DNA of 37,560 bases. It comes from an uncultured Planctomycetaceae bacterium. GTDB taxonomy: Bacteria > Planctomycetota > Planctomycetia > Pirellulales > UBA1268. Made by a program: the position numbers and the translations under genes. How positions within the stretch are numbered: position 1 is the first letter of the stretch; each line of letters opens with the position of its first letter. Under the pieces are notes generated by a model. That model searched no databases. It was not told the DNA's origin and worked only from the letters and a program-made list of their open reading frames with translations. The DNA lies in contig CAJAYZ010000238.1 in NCBI GenBank assembly GCA_903949225.1, forward strand, positions 1-37,560, in the 5' to 3' direction. Below, in pieces: positions 34,901 through 37,560 of this stretch.

Positions 34901-36320
34901 GGGCAGCCAACTCCTCCGCGATCACCAGGGCCTCCTGCCAACGCTGAGCCAAGTCGAGCGAGACCATCTCGGTGAATCTGGCGCCGAGCGACTCTGGGGC
35001 ATCGGCGAAGGCCCGCTTTCGGGCATCGTTGGCCTGATCGCGTTGGCCGAGTCCACTGTGGCAGGTCGACATGAACAGGTCGACACGGCGCGTCATCGTC
35101 GCATCGTTGGCGACCTGCGGCCTGACCCGATCCCAGATTTTCATCGCCTCGAACCAACGCTGTTCGGACATGGCCACGACGGCCTCGGCCCACAGGACCG
35201 GCACGGCATCCTTGCCGAGCAGCGGCTGCGATTCGGTGATCAGCGGGCGGAGTTCCTCGAAGCGTTTTCCATCCGAGAGGCCGAGGAGGAGATCGGCCCT
35301 GAATGCCGGGTTGGAAGGGAACGCGGCCACGGCATCGCGAAGGATGCTGATCAAACCGTCGACATTCCCCTTCGACCGCGCCAGATACGCCTTGGCGGCA
35401 AACACATCGGCGGAGTCCGTCACATCGCCGAGCGGACCGGCGAGGATTTCCGCGGCGCGGTCGAGACGATTCCCGACGATGGCCAAGCGAAGCTCGAGCA
35501 GGGCCACGTCCTGATCGTCGGGGGCCAGAGCCCGGGCTTTCTCCGCAGCCTCGATCGCCGCCTCTGCCTGCTTGTGCCCCATCCGCCACGTCGCCAGGAT
35601 CTTCCAGGTGCTGACGTCGTCGGGGGCGAACTCCATCATCCGATCGATGATCCGCTCGGCCGTCTTCGGATCCCGGCGGTGCCTCTCGAGAATCTCCGCG
35701 AGGGCAGCAAAGGATTCGGGATGCCCCGGAGCCGGCTGGAAGGCGGGGTCGAACTGCTTCGTGCGCCGATCGAAGCCGGTCAGCGCGGCGAGAACCTCCT
35801 CCGCGTCGTCGAACTGTCCCATCTGCGCCGCGGTGGCCGCAAACATGAGATCGATCCGCCGGGTGTCGTCGTTCGCTTCGCCGTCGGGGCGGCGCTCGCG
35901 AATCATGGCGAGGTGTTCGTTCGCGGAACGGATCGAATCGGCATCGCCGATGCGGGCGAGGAGGTTGGCCAGTTTCTCGCGGAGGTCGTCCGCGTCGGGG
36001 GCTTTGCGGACGGCGACCTCGAGGGCCGCGACGGTCGCGCCGACGACGCGGGGGTTTGCCTTGCCCGCATCGACCTGACCGAGGAGGAGTTCGGCATACT
36101 CGCGTTGCCGCGGGGCGTCGTCCGGACGGAGAGCGACATACCGGCTCAGGAGACGGATCGCTTCGTCGTTGTTCCCCTCGTCGATCTGCCGCTTGGCCTG
36201 ACGGGCCATGTCCTCTGCGTTGCGCCGCACCTGGAATCGATGGAGGACGTACGTACCCGCCACCCCTCCGATGAGAAGGAGGGCGATGGCAATGAGGAGC
36301 GGCACGTTGACGCGTCGCAT
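31983..36320 (-). CDS. Giant (about 1445 aa) N-terminally membrane-anchored TPR-repeat protein
   Basis: MRRVNVPLLIAIALLLIGGVAGTYVL is followed by many degenerate 34-residue Ala/Leu/Arg-rich repeats (A...L...L...P.d..a...La......g....A). I placed the start at M22 of the track ORF. Confidence 0.8.
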   Translation of the reverse strand: MRRVNVPLLIAIALLLIGGVAGTYVLHRFQVRRNAEDMARQAKRQIDEGNNDEAIRLLSRYVALRPDDAPRQREYAELLLGQVDAGKANPRVVGATVAALEVAVRKAPDADDLREKLANLLARIGDADSIRSANEHLAMIRERRPDGEANDDTRRIDLMFAATAAQMGQFDDAEEVLAALTGFDRRTKQFDPAFQPAPGHPESFAALAEILERHRRDPKTAERIIDRMMEFAPDDVSTWKILATWRMGHKQAEAAIEAAEKARALAPDDQDVALLELRLAIVGNRLDRAAEILAGPLGDVTDSADVFAAKAYLARSKGNVDGLISILRDAVAAFPSNPAFRADLLLGLSDGKRFEELRPLITESQPLLGKDAVPVLWAEAVVAMSEQRWFEAMKIWDRVRPQVANDATMTRRVDLFMSTCHSGLGQRDQANDARKRAFADAPESLGARFTEMVSLDLAQRWQEALVIAEELAAQTPPDKLDANPLLLKTLLRLRIRDRLSRNADRRDWTKVDALADTIAAKPDADPIQIGLMKIDILSAKDKLDEARAASDALIADHPDSPSLFAQSLLLLVAAGQVEDARARLTNADETIRDTPEVLEAEARLAATAPPSEAGEWLTDLEARMGRVTGPASDRCARQLIAIHVGRGNVSNAERIAGTLLARRPADLAVRQVVLELAAERDAVEEVARQTAEIVRVAGPTSSTAKLATAVSRIVAVRAKRQGMQAADSPTAALSAEDLAALAEARDLLTVAGAERESWSEVPRMQGAIAELQGDPSGAIGHLRRAVELGETLPFARRRLAILLTAAGRLDEAAPVIASLGDAGGPVIDRIRAQVLAAAGRTDVALQIGASLTPEDCQDVQQLMWYSRLLASCGRPEEAEQVGRRATEAAPDNEAAWLSLLRLQASGGAGERLAETSRQALAVLQGDARERFQRAADEALGDPEATELAAKEAVEKSPDDLVAARRLVDLLMRRNRPAEAQKELRRIIALESVQGSPTVFWARRALASQLATSPRYIDLQEALAVLGKNVDQQGLQYLDDTALSISLLMNRNDPASWRQAQTLFESLAKRRPLTIDERISQARIQSLVGNRPKAREELRAIASSANASTAILGTIIELFINEQDFAEAKGWLRRLQESAPDLQATIRLEAKLALAEGDRDRASRVVAKLFDDEPLNAQNAPRQLSAARIAAELGFPEAADKVLESYATMSPEGVAAQAMSLGRQHRTVEAIEMLGTVRGKVSVAMFLEALAVILRHAETTSDPAIDEQVVGWIEAASRENPGSGETLLQAAIAKEALGHTAEAEEDYRQLLTSGGLGDVQAGIVAANLAWILARPETADQALEFVEKAILELGPLPDILDTRALIRLAKGQTILALEDMNDAVLSPSPLKLLHMAAIQAEVSDLPGARASFARAKALGLGQERLSPDDASRLERVESFLASADGKS

Positions 36321-36516
36321 GGCGGGGCCTTGGGGGGACCGGGGAGTGGAGCAAGCCGAGGGTGGAGGGGCCGTCGGAGCCAATTCTACAGGGTCAGGGA
36401 GGCTGCGGAGAACGTCTCTGCCGCTTTCGCCGCTGTTCCGGCGGGCCTCGGGTGGAACGATGCCACCGGTGGTCCCGGAGCCGGCTCAGTCGCGGCTGAC
36501 TTTTTCCACAGCCGGC

Positions 36517-37560
36517 TCACGGGGCCGATGCAGGCACCATCCACGCCAGAGGGCCCGTCTGCAGCCAGACGAGCAGGCCGACGAGCACCGCCAGCGCGAG
36601 GCTGTGGGGGAAGACCCTCCGCAGGATCGCCCCCTCCCGGCGATCGATGCCGGTGGCCGTGGCGGCGACGACGATGCTCTGGGCGTCGATCATCTTTCCC
36701 ATCACGCCGCCTGTGCTGTTGGCGGTGCAGATGAGGAGGGGATCGAGTCCGAGCTGCTCTGCGGTGACGCGCTGGAGGCTGCCGAACATCGCGTTGCTCG
36801 AGGTATCAGAGCCGGTGAGGGCAACTCCGAGCCAGCCGAGGAGCGCCGCGAACAACGGGTAGGCGGGGCCCGTGCGCGTCATCGCCAGACCGAGGATCAC
36901 GTCGGTCCCCGAGTAGCGGGTGACGAAGGCGAGCGCCAGCATCGCGGCAATCGTCACCAGGGGGACAACGAGCCGGGAGAGATTCTCCCCCCAGATCCGC
37001 CAGGCTCGGCGCGGAGCGATTCCCAGCCATGGAATGGCGACCAGCGCCGCCAGGAGGATGCCGGTGCCGGCGGCGGAGAGCCAGTTGAGCCGGTAGACGG
37101 CACGCTCGAGTTCCCGGTCGAGATGGGTTGCAGGGGTGACCTTCGCGACCGCCTCGTGGAGACGGGGAACGGGGAACTCCGGCGCCACCGCCGCGACCGG
37201 CACGATGCCCGCGAGGATGCTCTCAGGCTTGGCCTCGAGCCCGGCCTTCACTGGCGGCAATCCCCAGGCGAACACGGCCAGCGAGAGAAACACCCACGGC
37301 ATCCAGGCCCACACGATCCTGACCGGAGGATCGAGCGCCTCGGGGCTGGTTGCCGCGGAGGGCATCTCCGCCGCGCCGTAGCGCCAGCAATCCCTCGGCT
37401 GCCAGACCCGCATGAAGGCCGCCAGGCAGGCCAGGCTCACCAGCCCGCCGACGACGTCAACGAGCGCCGGGCCGACGAGGTTCGCCACGCCCGCCTGCAC
37501 CAGCGCGAACGACGCCCCGCAGACGAGGACTGCAGGCCAGACGCCGATGAGCCCCTTCCA
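36517..37560 (-). CDS. L-lactate/glycolate permease (LctP family), 5'-truncated by the window edge
   Basis: The frame stays open to base 37560 (…WKGLIGVWPAVLVCGASFALVQAGVANLVGP…). The C-terminal block SDTSSNAMFGSLQ...A..LG..P.L..A.NS.GGVMGKMI..QSI.VA..A is characteristic of lactate permeases. Confidence 0.8.
   Translation of the reverse strand, partial: WKGLIGVWPAVLVCGASFALVQAGVANLVGPALVDVVGGLVSLACLAAFMRVWQPRDCWRYGAAEMPSAATSPEALDPPVRIVWAWMPWVFLSLAVFAWGLPPVKAGLEAKPESILAGIVPVAAVAPEFPVPRLHEAVAKVTPATHLDRELERAVYRLNWLSAAGTGILLAALVAIPWLGIAPRRAWRIWGENLSRLVVPLVTIAAMLALAFVTRYSGTDVILGLAMTRTGPAYPLFAALLGWLGVALTGSDTSSNAMFGSLQRVTAEQLGLDPLLICTANSTGGVMGKMIDAQSIVVAATATGIDRREGAILRRVFPHSLALAVLVGLLVWLQTGPLAWMVPASAP

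Noticed and set aside
36478-36517. A direct or palindromic repeat AGCCGGCTCA x2 near the lactate permease stop.
   Set aside because: It is short and GC-rich, one copy overlaps the stop codon, and it is likely chance at this base composition.
33750-36734. A 994-aa + strand ORF.
   Set aside because: It is antisense to the TPR gene and runs into the lactate permease gene. It has shadow-ORF composition.

Overview
This is a visibly GC-rich bacterial chromosomal segment, roughly two-thirds G+C by eye. It is most consistent with Planctomycetota: it carries a PSCyt1/DUF1549/DUF1553 plus DUF1501 gene pair, a giant membrane-anchored TPR protein, and many Pro/Ala/Gly-rich lipoprotein-like hypotheticals. 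I can support about 31 CDS, one tRNA-Gly(GCC), several small tandem or inverted repeats and a few hairpin terminators. Recognisable housekeeping genes are a GroES-like co-chaperonin, an APP1-like phosphatase, panB, an FHA protein, tig followed by two clpP paralogs, gap, apbE, an aldo/keto reductase, an SDR, and a 5'-truncated lactate permease at the right edge. I saw no rRNA, CRISPR array, transposase, integrase or phage genes. Because of the high GC content, most long ORFs in the six-frame track are antisense shadows of the real genes, and I rejected them. The best candidate for an undescribed system is the co-directional nine-gene array at 11372-20594. It contains a MacB-type ABC ATPase and 4-TM FtsX permease, an exported protein whose mature N-terminus starts with CPFC, and two tandem paralogs with a QQRGIxQFxLVRDxxxCCFG motif (DUF3299-like). 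After these come a DUF4239 membrane protein, an orphan Tat-signal UrtA/AmiC-type binding protein, an AIM24 protein and a second CPFC paralog. A lipoprotein-type TolC-like gene lies convergently just downstream, and no membrane-fusion protein is present. All family names come from motif recognition by eye, not from database searches.
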